A stretch of 44,464 nt of DNA from the UHGV virus genome UHGV-0192852; one strand, 5' to 3'. The stretch is from a virus. The translations under genes and the position numbers were made by a program. A model generated the notes under the pieces. It was not told where the DNA came from. It saw nothing but the letters and a program-made list of their open reading frames with translations, and did not search any database. Below are positions 1 to 8,793 of this stretch, piece by piece. Position 1 is the stretch's first letter, and every line of letters begins with the position of its first letter.

Positions 1-111
1 ATACGCCAGGTTGCGTGAGTCCATCATGATTGATTTAGCTTCGGTCGCGATTTCGTGGTCGCGCAGTATGTTAGCCAGAATCTGGTTTTTAATGTCTTTT
101 GTCAGTCTCAT
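1..111 (-). CDS. hypothetical protein, N-terminal segment; the gene continues across the circular junction into 43794..44464
   Basis: ATG at 111..109 (MRLTKDIKNQ...) with AGGAC RBS upstream; frame is continuous with minus ORF 43794..44429 once the 17-bp terminal duplicate is collapsed. Confidence 0.6.
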   Translation of the reverse strand, partial: MRLTKDIKNQILANILRDHEIATEAKSIMMDSRNLAY

Positions 112-259
112 TTATGTGTCCTCGTGGTTGGTGTGCAACCAATATAATGCAACCAACATCCGCAATGCAAGCGAATTTTGCGATTATTTTTATCGCTGAT
201 AATATTAAGGCGTGAAGTCAAGCGGGTGGCCCGCTTTGCCACAATCCCAGGGGGATAGC
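112..259. promoter_or_regulatory. divergent promoter/operator region between the 254-aa minus gene and the scaffold gene
   Basis: TGCAACCAA motifs at 134..142 and 148..156; minus-strand reading gives TTGCAT-N18-TATATT (170..141) followed by GGTTGCACACCAAC and AGGAC RBS. Confidence 0.5.
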
Positions 260-961
260 ATGAAACTTACTAAAGCAGAATATGACGCGTTGCCGGAAGG
301 TATGAAGGCGCTTTTTGTTGCCGATGGTGACGGGTATAAATCAACGTTCATGACCGCCGAAGAAGTACAGGCGGAGATCAAGGGTCTGAAAGACAACAAC
401 GCGAAGCTGGTTAGCGAGAAGAAAGCAGAAGCCGAACGCCGCGCCGAAGCCGAGCGCCTTGCGAAAGAGAAAGAGGAAGCCGCCGCGCGCAAAAATGGCG
501 ACCTCGAAGCGATCGATAAGTCCTGGAAAGATAAGTTTGCGAAACACGAAGCAGACACGTCGGGAAAAATCGAAGCCTACCGCAAGCAGATCCACGATCT
601 AACCATCGGCAGCGCTGCCAAAGACCTGGCATCGAAGCTATTCGGTAAGAATGCGGGCATCATGCAACGCCACGTAATGGACCGCCTGGCGCTGGAAGAC
701 GGCGAAGACGGCAGCTTGAAAGTGCGTGTCTTGCAGGATGGCAAACCGTCCGCGCTGACTATGGAAGAGCTTGAAAAAGAGTTCCGTAATAACGCAGATT
801 TTGCATCCGTCCTGGCTGGCACGCCAGCGGGCGGCGCTCCTAGCAAACCGACGCAGGTTGTCGAAGATGTGAAGTCTAAAATTACGATGGGCCATAGCTT
901 CGGTATCACCGATCTCACCAAACAGGCCGGGGATATCATCGCTAAAATGGGCGACGAGTAA
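260..961 (+). CDS. putative capsid scaffolding protein
   Basis: Lys/Glu/Ala-rich coiled-coil-like protein directly upstream of major capsid gene; GGGGGA RBS before ATG 260 (track ORF starts at GTG 212). Confidence 0.55.
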   Translation: MKLTKAEYDALPEGMKALFVADGDGYKSTFMTAEEVQAEIKGLKDNNAKLVSEKKAEAERRAEAERLAKEKEEAAARKNGDLEAIDKSWKDKFAKHEADTSGKIEAYRKQIHDLTIGSAAKDLASKLFGKNAGIMQRHVMDRLALEDGEDGSLKVRVLQDGKPSALTMEELEKEFRNNADFASVLAGTPAGGAPSKPTQVVEDVKSKITMGHSFGITDLTKQAGDIIAKMGDE

Positions 962-966
962 GCAGA

Positions 967-990
967 TTGCCCGCAAAAGCGGGCAATTTT
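967..990 (+). terminator. intrinsic terminator/attenuator after scaffold gene
   Basis: TTGCCCGC-AAAA-GCGGGCAA stem-loop followed by TTTT. Confidence 0.5.
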
Positions 991-1058
991 GCGAGCGCGT
1001 AAAACTAAGGTAACATTAACGTCACTGGGCGAATGCTCACAACTCAAAGGATTTCGAT

Positions 1059-2159
1059 ATGTCTTTAACAGTGTTCCAGCGTAAACTCGTTACCGCGGTT
1101 ACGCAAATGATCCCCGACAACCTGAACGTTTTCAACGCTGCCGCCAATGGCGCTGTTGTTCTCGGTACTGGTGAAGTGCTGAAGGATGTTATTGAAAAAA
1201 TGTCCGTAGGCTTGATCGCCAACCTCGTTACCGACCGTAACGCCTACGCCCCTGTCGGCACTCCGGCAACCGCGAAAGTGCTGGCGCGTATGCTGACCAA
1301 CTCGGTTAACCTTTCCGCAAAAGTGGGTCCGGTAGCAATCACTAAGGCTATGATGGCTAAGATCGAAACCAACGTTAACAGCGTTGCGGCTGAGATTGCG
1401 GCACAGGCTACTCAAGCGATTATGCTGCACTACCTGAAGGCGGGCATCGGCGCAAGTAAAGCGGCGATCGAGAGCAACGCAGCGGCAAAATACACCCAAC
1501 CGGCGCGCGTTGACGGCGTTGGCGGTCGTACCTTCCCGACCCTGGCAGACTTCCCGCTGGCGGCTTCTAAGTTCGGCGATCAGGCGTCTTTGATTAAGTC
1601 CTGGTTTATGGACGGCGTTACTTGGGCAAACTTCATTGCCTACCAGGCGCTACCGTCTGCCGAGCAGGTATTCGCGATCGGCGATCTGCAGGTAATGGGT
1701 GATGGCCTGGGCCGTCGTTTCATTATCTCCGATGCCGCTGCCGATGCTATGGGTACGGGTAACATGCTGGGTCTGGTGCCTGGCGCTGTTGCGGTTACCA
1801 CCAACGGCCTTGATATGCTGGCGCAGGAGAAAGGCGGTAACGAGAACATCGAACGTTGGTGGCAGGGCGAGTTCGACTTCAACGTGGCTGTTAAAGGCTA
1901 CCGTCTGAAGGCGTCCGCTCGTACCCCGATCGAAGGTGTGCGCTCGTTCAAACTGAGCGATATCACCACCTCCGCGAACTGGGAACTGGACCAGGGCCAG
2001 GTAGACAACGCACCGGCAACCGTTCAGGACGTTGGCGCTGTGGGCGATGGTGATACTAAAGGCCGTCGTAAGACACAGGCTGCGCAGGAAGTGCCGACCC
2101 GTCACATCAAGGAAACCGCTGGCGTACTGGTTACGCTGACGGCGACTACCGCATCTTAA
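1059..2159 (+). CDS. major capsid protein
   Basis: 366-aa ORF following scaffold in head module, Ala/Gly/Val-rich composition typical of capsid proteins, followed by strong terminator. Confidence 0.7.
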   Translation: MSLTVFQRKLVTAVTQMIPDNLNVFNAAANGAVVLGTGEVLKDVIEKMSVGLIANLVTDRNAYAPVGTPATAKVLARMLTNSVNLSAKVGPVAITKAMMAKIETNVNSVAAEIAAQATQAIMLHYLKAGIGASKAAIESNAAAKYTQPARVDGVGGRTFPTLADFPLAASKFGDQASLIKSWFMDGVTWANFIAYQALPSAEQVFAIGDLQVMGDGLGRRFIISDAAADAMGTGNMLGLVPGAVAVTTNGLDMLAQEKGGNENIERWWQGEFDFNVAVKGYRLKASARTPIEGVRSFKLSDITTSANWELDQGQVDNAPATVQDVGAVGDGDTKGRRKTQAAQEVPTRHIKETAGVLVTLTATTAS

Positions 2160-2177
2160 CGGGCGCACATCCCAAAT

Positions 2178-2202
2178 GGGCGGGCTTATGCCCGCCTTTT
2201 TT
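2178..2202 (+). terminator. rho-independent terminator after capsid gene
   Basis: GGGCGGGC-TTAT-GCCCGCC hairpin followed by TTTTTT. Confidence 0.7.
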
Positions 2203-2217
2203 ATAGGAGTGAATGAA

Positions 2218-2718
2218 ATGTATGGCGACCCGCAAACATTTGTCGATTATGCCGCGGCGCGAGGCGTTGAAGTCACGCTGAGCGATGCAACTCGACACCT
2301 TACCGTAGTTAATGACTTCCTTAACGGCATCAACTGGATCGGAGAACCCGCAGACCAGACCGGAATCGACGCATGGCCCCGCATAAATTACCCATCGGAC
2401 GGTAAGCCGGTGCGAGACACGCTCACTGAAGTTGTGGCAGTAGTGCCTGCAGGGCAGATCGTAGATTTTGCATCAATCCCCATTGCCGTCGAGCAAGCCG
2501 TTTACAGGTTGGCGATGTTGGTGGCGGACGAGGTCGATATTTCCCCTGTTGGCAGTGGTAAGGAGACTATCCGCGAAACTGTTGGCCCGATCACGATGGA
2601 ATATGACCCTGCGACGATTGGTAGCGGTGTCTCGTTCCCGTGGTGGGATGGCTTGCTGGGCCACTGGATTGACTCCGACGGCAACGCAGCGGGTAATTTT
2701 GACGTATTCCGGGGGTGA
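2218..2718 (+). CDS. putative head-tail connector/adaptor protein
   Basis: AGGAG RBS 8 nt upstream of ATG 2218 (in frame within track ORF 2176..2718); position between capsid and tail genes. Confidence 0.4.
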   Translation: MYGDPQTFVDYAAARGVEVTLSDATRHLTVVNDFLNGINWIGEPADQTGIDAWPRINYPSDGKPVRDTLTEVVAVVPAGQIVDFASIPIAVEQAVYRLAMLVADEVDISPVGSGKETIRETVGPITMEYDPATIGSGVSFPWWDGLLGHWIDSDGNAAGNFDVFRG

Positions 2719-2719
2719 T

Positions 2720-2836
2720 ATGAATCCTGCATTACTGGCGGCTATTATCGCCGCAAATACTAAACGCCAACCAGAACCAGAACCGGAGCCAGCACCAGAA
2801 CCACCGGTACAGGAGGATGATAATGGCGGGCTTTAA
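2720..2836 (+). CDS. small Pro/Glu-rich hypothetical protein (38 aa)
   Basis: ATG 2720 directly after previous stop; MNPALLAAIIAANTKRQPEPEPEPAPEPPVQEDDNGGL; below track size cutoff, uncertain. Confidence 0.25.
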   Translation: MNPALLAAIIAANTKRQPEPEPEPAPEPPVQEDDNGGL

Positions 2837-3176
2837 TTACGCTGGATTAAAGCGGAAAGTGAATCCGCTGATTAAAAAATTCGGCATGACCGTTACGGTT
2901 ACGCGTCCGGGGTCGGTTGACCGCGTAGACGGCGACGAAGTGGTAATCCCGCCAACGTCGTTCGACGTCATAGGTCTTCGCGAGGAGTACAAGCCTAGCG
3001 AGATCGACGGAACGCGTATCGTTGCCGGTGATGTGAAGTTTTTATGTCGGGCGGTTGAGCAATTGCGGGTGGGCGACCTTGTTAACCTGAACGGCACTGA
3101 CTACCGGGTCGTTAACCCTAACCCACTGCAACCGGCGGGGACGACCATGCTGTTTCAACTACAGCTAAGGGGCTAA
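2817..3176 (+). CDS. putative head closure/head-tail joining protein
   Basis: 119-aa ORF in neck module between connector and tail genes. Confidence 0.4.
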   Translation: MIMAGFNYAGLKRKVNPLIKKFGMTVTVTRPGSVDRVDGDEVVIPPTSFDVIGLREEYKPSEIDGTRIVAGDVKFLCRAVEQLRVGDLVNLNGTDYRVVNPNPLQPAGTTMLFQLQLRG

Positions 3177-3177
3177 C

Positions 3178-3771
3178 GTGGCTGAAGTCTACTCATTCGC
3201 CGCCACTATTGCTACGTGGGTGGATAAGACGAAGGAGAACAACGATAAGGCGGTGCGGGCGTACGGGATGCAAATACTCGGACGCCTTATTGAGATCTCC
3301 CCGGTGGGCGACCCTCGCCGGTGGAAAATTAACAGGGCTTACGCGCTGGCCCGCCAGCACGCGAACAAGGTGAACGCCGCGCAGCGTCGCAAGAATGGTG
3401 GCAAACTGAAGCGCGGGCAGAAAAAGCACGCCAGCGTGCTGGTATCATTCAAGACTAAAAACGGCAACGTCACGTTCCGCCAGCGTGGCTGGGCTGCGAA
3501 GAATTACACCGGCGGACGCTTCCGGGGAAACTGGCAGGTTACGTTCGACCGACCGGCGGTTGGCGCTATCGACCGCGTGGACAAGGCCGGAACGGCAACA
3601 TTAGCCGCTGGGCGTGAAGTGCTGGCGCATTACGATTCCGGTGAATACGGGTCGATCTGGTTTACTAACAACGTGCCATACGCGCAGCGACTTGAGTATG
3701 GCTGGAGTAAACAAGCGCCCGCGGGGATTGTTCGCGTCGTAGCGGCAGAAATTAATTCGAAGGTGAAATAA
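3178..3771 (+). CDS. putative neck/tail completion protein
   Basis: 197-aa ORF, synteny; start abuts previous stop. Confidence 0.4.
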   Translation: MAEVYSFAATIATWVDKTKENNDKAVRAYGMQILGRLIEISPVGDPRRWKINRAYALARQHANKVNAAQRRKNGGKLKRGQKKHASVLVSFKTKNGNVTFRQRGWAAKNYTGGRFRGNWQVTFDRPAVGAIDRVDKAGTATLAAGREVLAHYDSGEYGSIWFTNNVPYAQRLEYGWSKQAPAGIVRVVAAEINSKVK

Positions 3772-4193
3772 TGAGCAATACCGCAATCCGCAAAGCGCTT
3801 AACAGCGTGGTTGAAGAGTTATCGGCAATCCTGAGCACAAGCCAGCGTCCGATTAGGGTTAACTGGGAGAACGTGAGCGGCGACCACGCAAACGGCAGCG
3901 GGATCTACCTGGAGCCGTACCTGCTACCAGCCCCTACCCAGTTTGTGGGCCTCCAGCAGAAGGGTCGGATCTATGCTGGCGTATATCAGGTTGCCGTGGT
4001 GTTTCCCGCAGGAACTGGAACACAGTACGCGAGCGAACTGGCGGACGCCATCGCTACGTCTGATAAGTGGCTGGCGGTGAAGATTTCCGGTGCGTCATTC
4101 CAGCTTCAGGATGCGCCCTATACCAGTTCAGTGGTTGAGGATGTTGATCGTGCCCGCATTGTGGTTACAGTCCCCTACACCTGTTGCGCCTGA
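3771..4193 (+). CDS. putative tail terminator protein
   Basis: 140-aa ORF immediately upstream of major tail protein gene; synteny. Confidence 0.4.
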   Translation: MSNTAIRKALNSVVEELSAILSTSQRPIRVNWENVSGDHANGSGIYLEPYLLPAPTQFVGLQQKGRIYAGVYQVAVVFPAGTGTQYASELADAIATSDKWLAVKISGASFQLQDAPYTSSVVEDVDRARIVVTVPYTCCA

Positions 4194-4254
4194 TTTGGCG
4201 CAATTCTGCGCGTGCTGTATCATTAAACCGTATATCTAAACAGGAGCGTTCATT

Positions 4255-4980
4255 ATGGGTTATCAACTTCCTAACGGGTCTAGCGTCCAGATTGGGTCCG
4301 TACTGGGCGACGGCATCGCTGTTACGGCAGCTACCAACGCCGCCGCGTCGATCTCTGATCTTACGAAAGGTTGCGTTATCACCTGCGCGGATTCTCATGG
4401 CCTGCAAGTTGGTGACGTGGTTATGTTCACTAAAACCCCGTGGGTCCGTGCGCTGAACCGCGCGTTCATCGTGGGTAAAGTGGCGACTAACGACGTTACA
4501 CTGGCGCGCTTCGATACTAAAGACGTAACCAAATACCCTACCGGCGCTTTCAGCACAGGAACACCGGGTGAGGTGGTGAAGGTATCGAGCTTTGTCGACT
4601 TCCCGTATATCACTAACGTTGCTGTGTCGGGTGGCGACCAGCAGACTACTACCTTCCAGCCGTTGCAGGTGAATACCGCGATCAGTCTGAACACCACGAA
4701 AAACCCGTTGGTCCAGACTTACACCTTCACCCACGACGAAGAAGACCCGATCCGCCCGATTCTTGAAGACCTGGACGACACACAGAAAACCACTGTGATT
4801 AAGTTCACTAACCCGGCAGCGGCAAGCGGCAAAGGTGAGATCCGCATTTACCCGGCTAAGGTGTCTTTCCGGAAGATCCCATCGTCTGAAGTAAACAACG
4901 TGGAGACGGTGGAGTCCACGCTGACCATGCAGTCAGATATGGTTATTTACCGTAAGGACTTGGTCGAGGCGCTGTCTTGA
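4255..4980 (+). CDS. major tail protein
   Basis: 241-aa ORF with AGGAG RBS, located directly upstream of G/G-T chaperone pair and tape measure gene. Confidence 0.65.
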   Translation: MGYQLPNGSSVQIGSVLGDGIAVTAATNAAASISDLTKGCVITCADSHGLQVGDVVMFTKTPWVRALNRAFIVGKVATNDVTLARFDTKDVTKYPTGAFSTGTPGEVVKVSSFVDFPYITNVAVSGGDQQTTTFQPLQVNTAISLNTTKNPLVQTYTFTHDEEDPIRPILEDLDDTQKTTVIKFTNPAAASGKGEIRIYPAKVSFRKIPSSEVNNVETVESTLTMQSDMVIYRKDLVEALS

Positions 4981-5010
4981 TTTGGTCGCTTAAATAGCGG
5001 GTGATAATAT

Positions 5011-5033
5011 GGGGCCAGCACGGCCCCTTTTTT
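5011..5033 (+). terminator. rho-independent terminator/attenuator after major tail gene
   Basis: GGGGCC-AGCAC-GGCCCC hairpin followed by TTTTTT. Confidence 0.7.
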
Positions 5034-5049
5034 ATTGGAGAATACTACA

Positions 5050-5412
5050 ATGGCTAAAGCACCACTCTTTACACTTGACCCTAAGCCTACCTTTAAGCTG
5101 CCGATTGAGATCCCGCGCCCTGGTGAGAACGAACCAGGCAAAATGACGTTTACCGTACGCCACCGCCCGATCGACGAATTTTCGCAGACCATGCAGGACA
5201 CTGAGCGCAAGCTGTCGGAATACGACGACAACGACCCGGAAGGCTTTAACGTTATGGTCGAGGCCATCATGCACGTCGCTGAAGGCTGGAATCTGCCAGA
5301 TGAATTTAACGCGGAGAACGTCCGCCGCCTGGTGGTTAACTACCCTCGCGCGTTCGGTGTGTTCCACACGTCGTACTATCTCGAACTGATGGGTCTGCGT
5401 GAAAAAAACTAA
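5050..5412 (+). CDS. tail assembly chaperone (lambda gpG-like)
   Basis: 120-aa acidic protein between major tail and tape measure genes; GGAG RBS before ATG 5050 (in frame within track ORF 5035..5412); ends REKN*. Confidence 0.7.
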   Translation: MAKAPLFTLDPKPTFKLPIEIPRPGENEPGKMTFTVRHRPIDEFSQTMQDTERKLSEYDDNDPEGFNVMVEAIMHVAEGWNLPDEFNAENVRRLVVNYPRAFGVFHTSYYLELMGLREKN

Positions 5413-5726
5413 TTGAGGCGGCGCGACGCTTTTATGGCCCGCCGCCACCCTCCGAAGATTTAGCCGCAAGTTTATGGGGTGCGGCCCCCGAAGATGTTTG
5501 TCCGCCTGTTGCGCTATGGCCCGACAACGCGAAGGTAGTCGCCGTCTTCACGGATTGCTCCACGCAATGGCGCACCGGATTCGGCGGCGCATACGGCATC
5601 GACTACGGCGTACTGGAATGGCTATTTAAGATGCATGGCATCGAAAACGCACAACGTGCGTTTAAAGATATCAAGCTAATGGAACGCGTTGCGCTGGATG
5701 AAATGGCGCGGCAGAACCCCGCATAA
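5050..5726 (+). CDS. tail assembly chaperone G-T fusion made by programmed -1 ribosomal frameshift
   Basis: slippery heptamer A_AAA_AAC at 5403..5409 just before the G stop; the -1 frame is open with no ATG for 105 codons (LIEAARRFYGPPPPSEDL...DEMARQNPA) to TAA at 5724..5726. Confidence 0.6.
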
Positions 5727-5730
5727 CGAA

Positions 5731-5990
5731 GCGGGACAGGCGGGACGTCCCGTTTTGTCCCGCACCTCTAAAAACTGCATATTTACCCACCAACATTGCA
5801 TAAATTAAAAACGGGACAGGGGTGCTGTCCCGATCTGTCCCACCCCCAAATTGTGAATATCTATTCTGTTTTCGTGCATAAAACAAACGGGACAAAAAGC
5901 GGGACAGACAAGGGGCGGGACAAAGCGGGACAGCACCCTGTCCCTGCCAGTGCTGCCGCGGGGTTTAGCCGATCGGGACAGCGGGACAGC
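5731..5990. repeat. array of GCGGGACA(G) octamers in both orientations (copy A)
   Basis: about 14 copies of CGGGACA / TGTCCCG incl. palindromes CGGGACGTCCCG and GGGACAGGGGTGCTGTCCC; 5887..5945 nearly identical to 33738..33795. Confidence 0.8.
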
Positions 5991-5994
5991 ACCC

Positions 5995-6042
5995 CAGTCT
6001 TTCAGACTAGACGGGGGTCAATGGCCCCCTCGTCTGAGACTG
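5995..6042 (+). other. conserved 48-nt imperfect palindrome/hairpin (copy A)
   Basis: CAGTCTTTCAGACTAGACGGGGGTCAATGGCCCCCTCGTCTGAGACTG; outer CAGTCT/AGACTG, AGACG/CGTCT and GGGGG/CCCCC pairings; near-identical copy at 33846..33894. Confidence 0.75.
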
Positions 6043-6110
6043 AATAAGGTTTGTTTTAAATTCGCTGATACAATAACCGACGGCAACTGCATAAAAAGGG
6101 GGACTGCATA

Positions 6111-8753
6111 ATGGCAGATCAGGCAGCGGGCATCACGCTAAAGGCGGACGTCGCGCAAATTAAAACGGCTAATACTGTGCTGGACACATTTGCGCAGAAA
6201 TCCGAGAACACAGAACAGAAAGTAAAAAAATTAAACGACACCCTCGGCAAGTCGAAAAAGGTTACTGGCGACGCCGCGGGCGGAATGGAAAAGTTAGCGA
6301 CTGAATCGCAGCGCGCCGCCGACGGCATGACGAAACAGGAGCGACTCGCCAGCCGATTAGGCATGTCGACCAAAAACCTGGGATTCGCATCGCGGAACGC
6401 CGCATTCCAGTTACAGGATATCGCGGTTACGCTAGAGATGGGTATGCCGGTGCACCGCGTCATGCTTCAGCAGCTACCACAGCTAACCGGCGCATTTGGC
6501 GGACTGGGTAACACGCTGCGATATGTTGCAGGCTTCCTCGGCCCAGTAGGGATCGGACTTGCTGCCGTAACGGCGACGTTAGGCGTGGGCGTGGCAATTA
6601 CGTCACGGGCAGAGAACCAAGTGGCGGCGCTTAATAAGACGCTGGCGCTGTCCGGTAATATCTCCGGCCTCACAGCTAACCAGATCCTTGTGCTGTCCGA
6701 GAACGCCGAGCGCATGGGCGGGTCATTTCGCAAGACGCGTGACACAATCCAGGCGCTGGCGGCGGCGGGTGTGAAAGCGGGTGGTGACTTCGGCGCATTG
6801 GCTAAGGTAGTTAATGACTTTGCGAAGGTGTCCAGCCAGCCGATCGAGGATGTGGTAGCGGCGGTGGCGAAGCTGTCAACCGACCCCGTTGGCGGACTGC
6901 GTGCGCTGGCGGATAAGTATCACGTCGTAAACGAAGCGCAGATCCAGCAGGTACAGTCGCTCGTTGATGCGGGTCGTGAGACAGACGCAGTTGCGTTGGC
7001 TAACAAAACAGCCGCGGCGTCGTTCACCAGCATGACCAATGAAATCAAGTCCAACATGGGTACGCTTGAGCGGTCGATGAACGTCGTCACATCGGCAGCC
7101 AAATCGATGTGGGACGCTATCCTGGATGTGGGTCGCGCGCAGTCCTCCAATGAATCCGAGATGAAAGCGCGCGAATCACTGCAGCGGCTGACCACGGCTT
7201 ACTATGCCGAGATGAAAGCGGTAAACGCTGCCGGTGGGGTAATGACTGAAGCGCAGAAAGCACGTATTAACATGCTTTACAGCGAACTGGTCGCCCAGGA
7301 AAAAGTGGTGGCGTCGCTCACCCTGCGTAACCGTGCTGAGCGAGACAACGCCCGCGCCGCAGACGAATCCGCAAAGGCGAACGAGGAGGCCAACCGCACT
7401 GCCCGTGACCGCGCCGCGTTCGAGAAGGAATACGCCACCAACGCTAAGAAGCGCGCCGACGAGATCGCCCGCCTCAATTTGCTGAATAAGCGCGGCGTTA
7501 TTGATGAGAAAGAACTAGCCGAGGCGGTTAAGCAGGTCAACGAGCGCTACAAAGACCCCGCCCCGAAGAAGGCCGCGGCTGTTCGTGTGGATGCCGGTAT
7601 GAAAATGCTGGAAGTCGCACGGAGCGAACTGGCCCAGCTTCGAGAATCAGGCAAGCAGATCGAAGCCAACGCGTCTACGCAGACCCGCACGCAACGCGCT
7701 CAAGCGGCCTTAAATAAGCTGATCGCCGACAATGAGCAGCTAATTGCCGCGAGCAAAGAAAGAGCACTAACGGCAGCAGAAAAGCAGCAGATGGTCGAAT
7801 TCGGACGCGTGAAGGAAGTGCGCGAGCAGATCGTCGAAGAAGCCAAATTGCTGGACGCGAAAGAGAAGCAGGTTAAGGCGCACGCGCAGATCGATGCCTT
7901 CGTTAAGAACCAGAACGCCGAACTAAAAGCCACCGCCGCGGGGTATGCGCTTTCCACTCGCGAAGCGGCAAACCTGCGTGAAGAATTGCAGCTAATTGAC
8001 CGCCTGAAGCGGGTTGGCGCTAACGATACCGATATAGACAAGGCGGTGTCTAAGCTGCGCGAAGTGCAGGAAGCACAGACCGGTGCTAACGCCTCGCTAT
8101 GGGATGGCTTCAGCCGCGGGCTTAAGGATAGTGTGGATGATATGGGTAACGGATATACGCAGATGACGACGCTCACAAAATTCACGTTCAGCGCTATGCA
8201 AGACACGATGAACGAGTTTTTCGAGACGGGCAAGCTGAACGCAAAGGATATGGTTAAGTCCATCCTTAGCGAATTAATCAAGCTGGCTACCTCACAGGCT
8301 TTCAAGTCGATCGTTAGCGCTTTTGGTGGCGACGGCGGCAAAAACGGATTGTTCGGCGCTATCTTCTCAGGCCTCACCAAGAATGCGGACGGCGGAGCGT
8401 ACGCAGGAGGCAATCTCGCGGCCTATTCGGGGAAAGTGGTAAGCCAGCCTACCTTTTTCAGTTATGGCGTCCAGGCGTTCGCTAAGGGCGCAGGATTGAT
8501 GGGCGAGGCTGGCCCCGAGGCCATCATGCCACTGAAGCGCGGGCCGGACGGGAAACTGGGCGTTGCCGCGTCTGGCGCAGGCGGGGGTATGGTCGTGACG
8601 ACTAACGTTTACACGGGTACCGGTAAAACGGATACCAGTGTCAGCGGGCCGGACACCCGTACCGCGCAGGCGTTCGGCAAGCAGATCACCGAGGCGGTGA
8701 AGTCCGAGATCGTGAAGGCAACGAAACCGGGTGGTGTACTTTATAAACGATGA
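6111..8753 (+). CDS. tail tape measure protein
   Basis: 880-aa ORF, coiled-coil-rich with Gly-rich C-terminal part, located after G/G-T chaperones and before the M-L-K-I-J module. Confidence 0.85.
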   Translation: MADQAAGITLKADVAQIKTANTVLDTFAQKSENTEQKVKKLNDTLGKSKKVTGDAAGGMEKLATESQRAADGMTKQERLASRLGMSTKNLGFASRNAAFQLQDIAVTLEMGMPVHRVMLQQLPQLTGAFGGLGNTLRYVAGFLGPVGIGLAAVTATLGVGVAITSRAENQVAALNKTLALSGNISGLTANQILVLSENAERMGGSFRKTRDTIQALAAAGVKAGGDFGALAKVVNDFAKVSSQPIEDVVAAVAKLSTDPVGGLRALADKYHVVNEAQIQQVQSLVDAGRETDAVALANKTAAASFTSMTNEIKSNMGTLERSMNVVTSAAKSMWDAILDVGRAQSSNESEMKARESLQRLTTAYYAEMKAVNAAGGVMTEAQKARINMLYSELVAQEKVVASLTLRNRAERDNARAADESAKANEEANRTARDRAAFEKEYATNAKKRADEIARLNLLNKRGVIDEKELAEAVKQVNERYKDPAPKKAAAVRVDAGMKMLEVARSELAQLRESGKQIEANASTQTRTQRAQAALNKLIADNEQLIAASKERALTAAEKQQMVEFGRVKEVREQIVEEAKLLDAKEKQVKAHAQIDAFVKNQNAELKATAAGYALSTREAANLREELQLIDRLKRVGANDTDIDKAVSKLREVQEAQTGANASLWDGFSRGLKDSVDDMGNGYTQMTTLTKFTFSAMQDTMNEFFETGKLNAKDMVKSILSELIKLATSQAFKSIVSAFGGDGGKNGLFGAIFSGLTKNADGGAYAGGNLAAYSGKVVSQPTFFSYGVQAFAKGAGLMGEAGPEAIMPLKRGPDGKLGVAASGAGGGMVVTTNVYTGTGKTDTSVSGPDTRTAQAFGKQITEAVKSEIVKATKPGGVLYKR

Positions 8754-8760
8754 TAAAATG

Positions 8761-8793
8761 GCCCTCACATCCATCGTGGGGGCTTTTTTTTTT
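8761..8793 (+). terminator. rho-independent terminator/attenuator after tape measure gene
   Basis: 8-bp stem GCCCTCAC/GTGGGGGC (one G-U pair), 7-nt loop, then T10 run. Confidence 0.6.

Noticed and set aside
11-199. 62-aa plus-strand ORF at the window start
   Set aside because: It overlaps the minus-strand gene 111..1 and the divergent promoter region and has no RBS; the minus-strand reading across the junction is the coherent one.
5796-6047. 83-aa plus-strand ORF within the GCGGGACA repeat region (and its twin 33683..33889)
   Set aside because: Both ORFs simply translate the iterated DNA repeats and hairpin (GTKSGTD.GRDKAGQHP in each), have no convincing RBS, and the region behaves like non-coding regulatory DNA.
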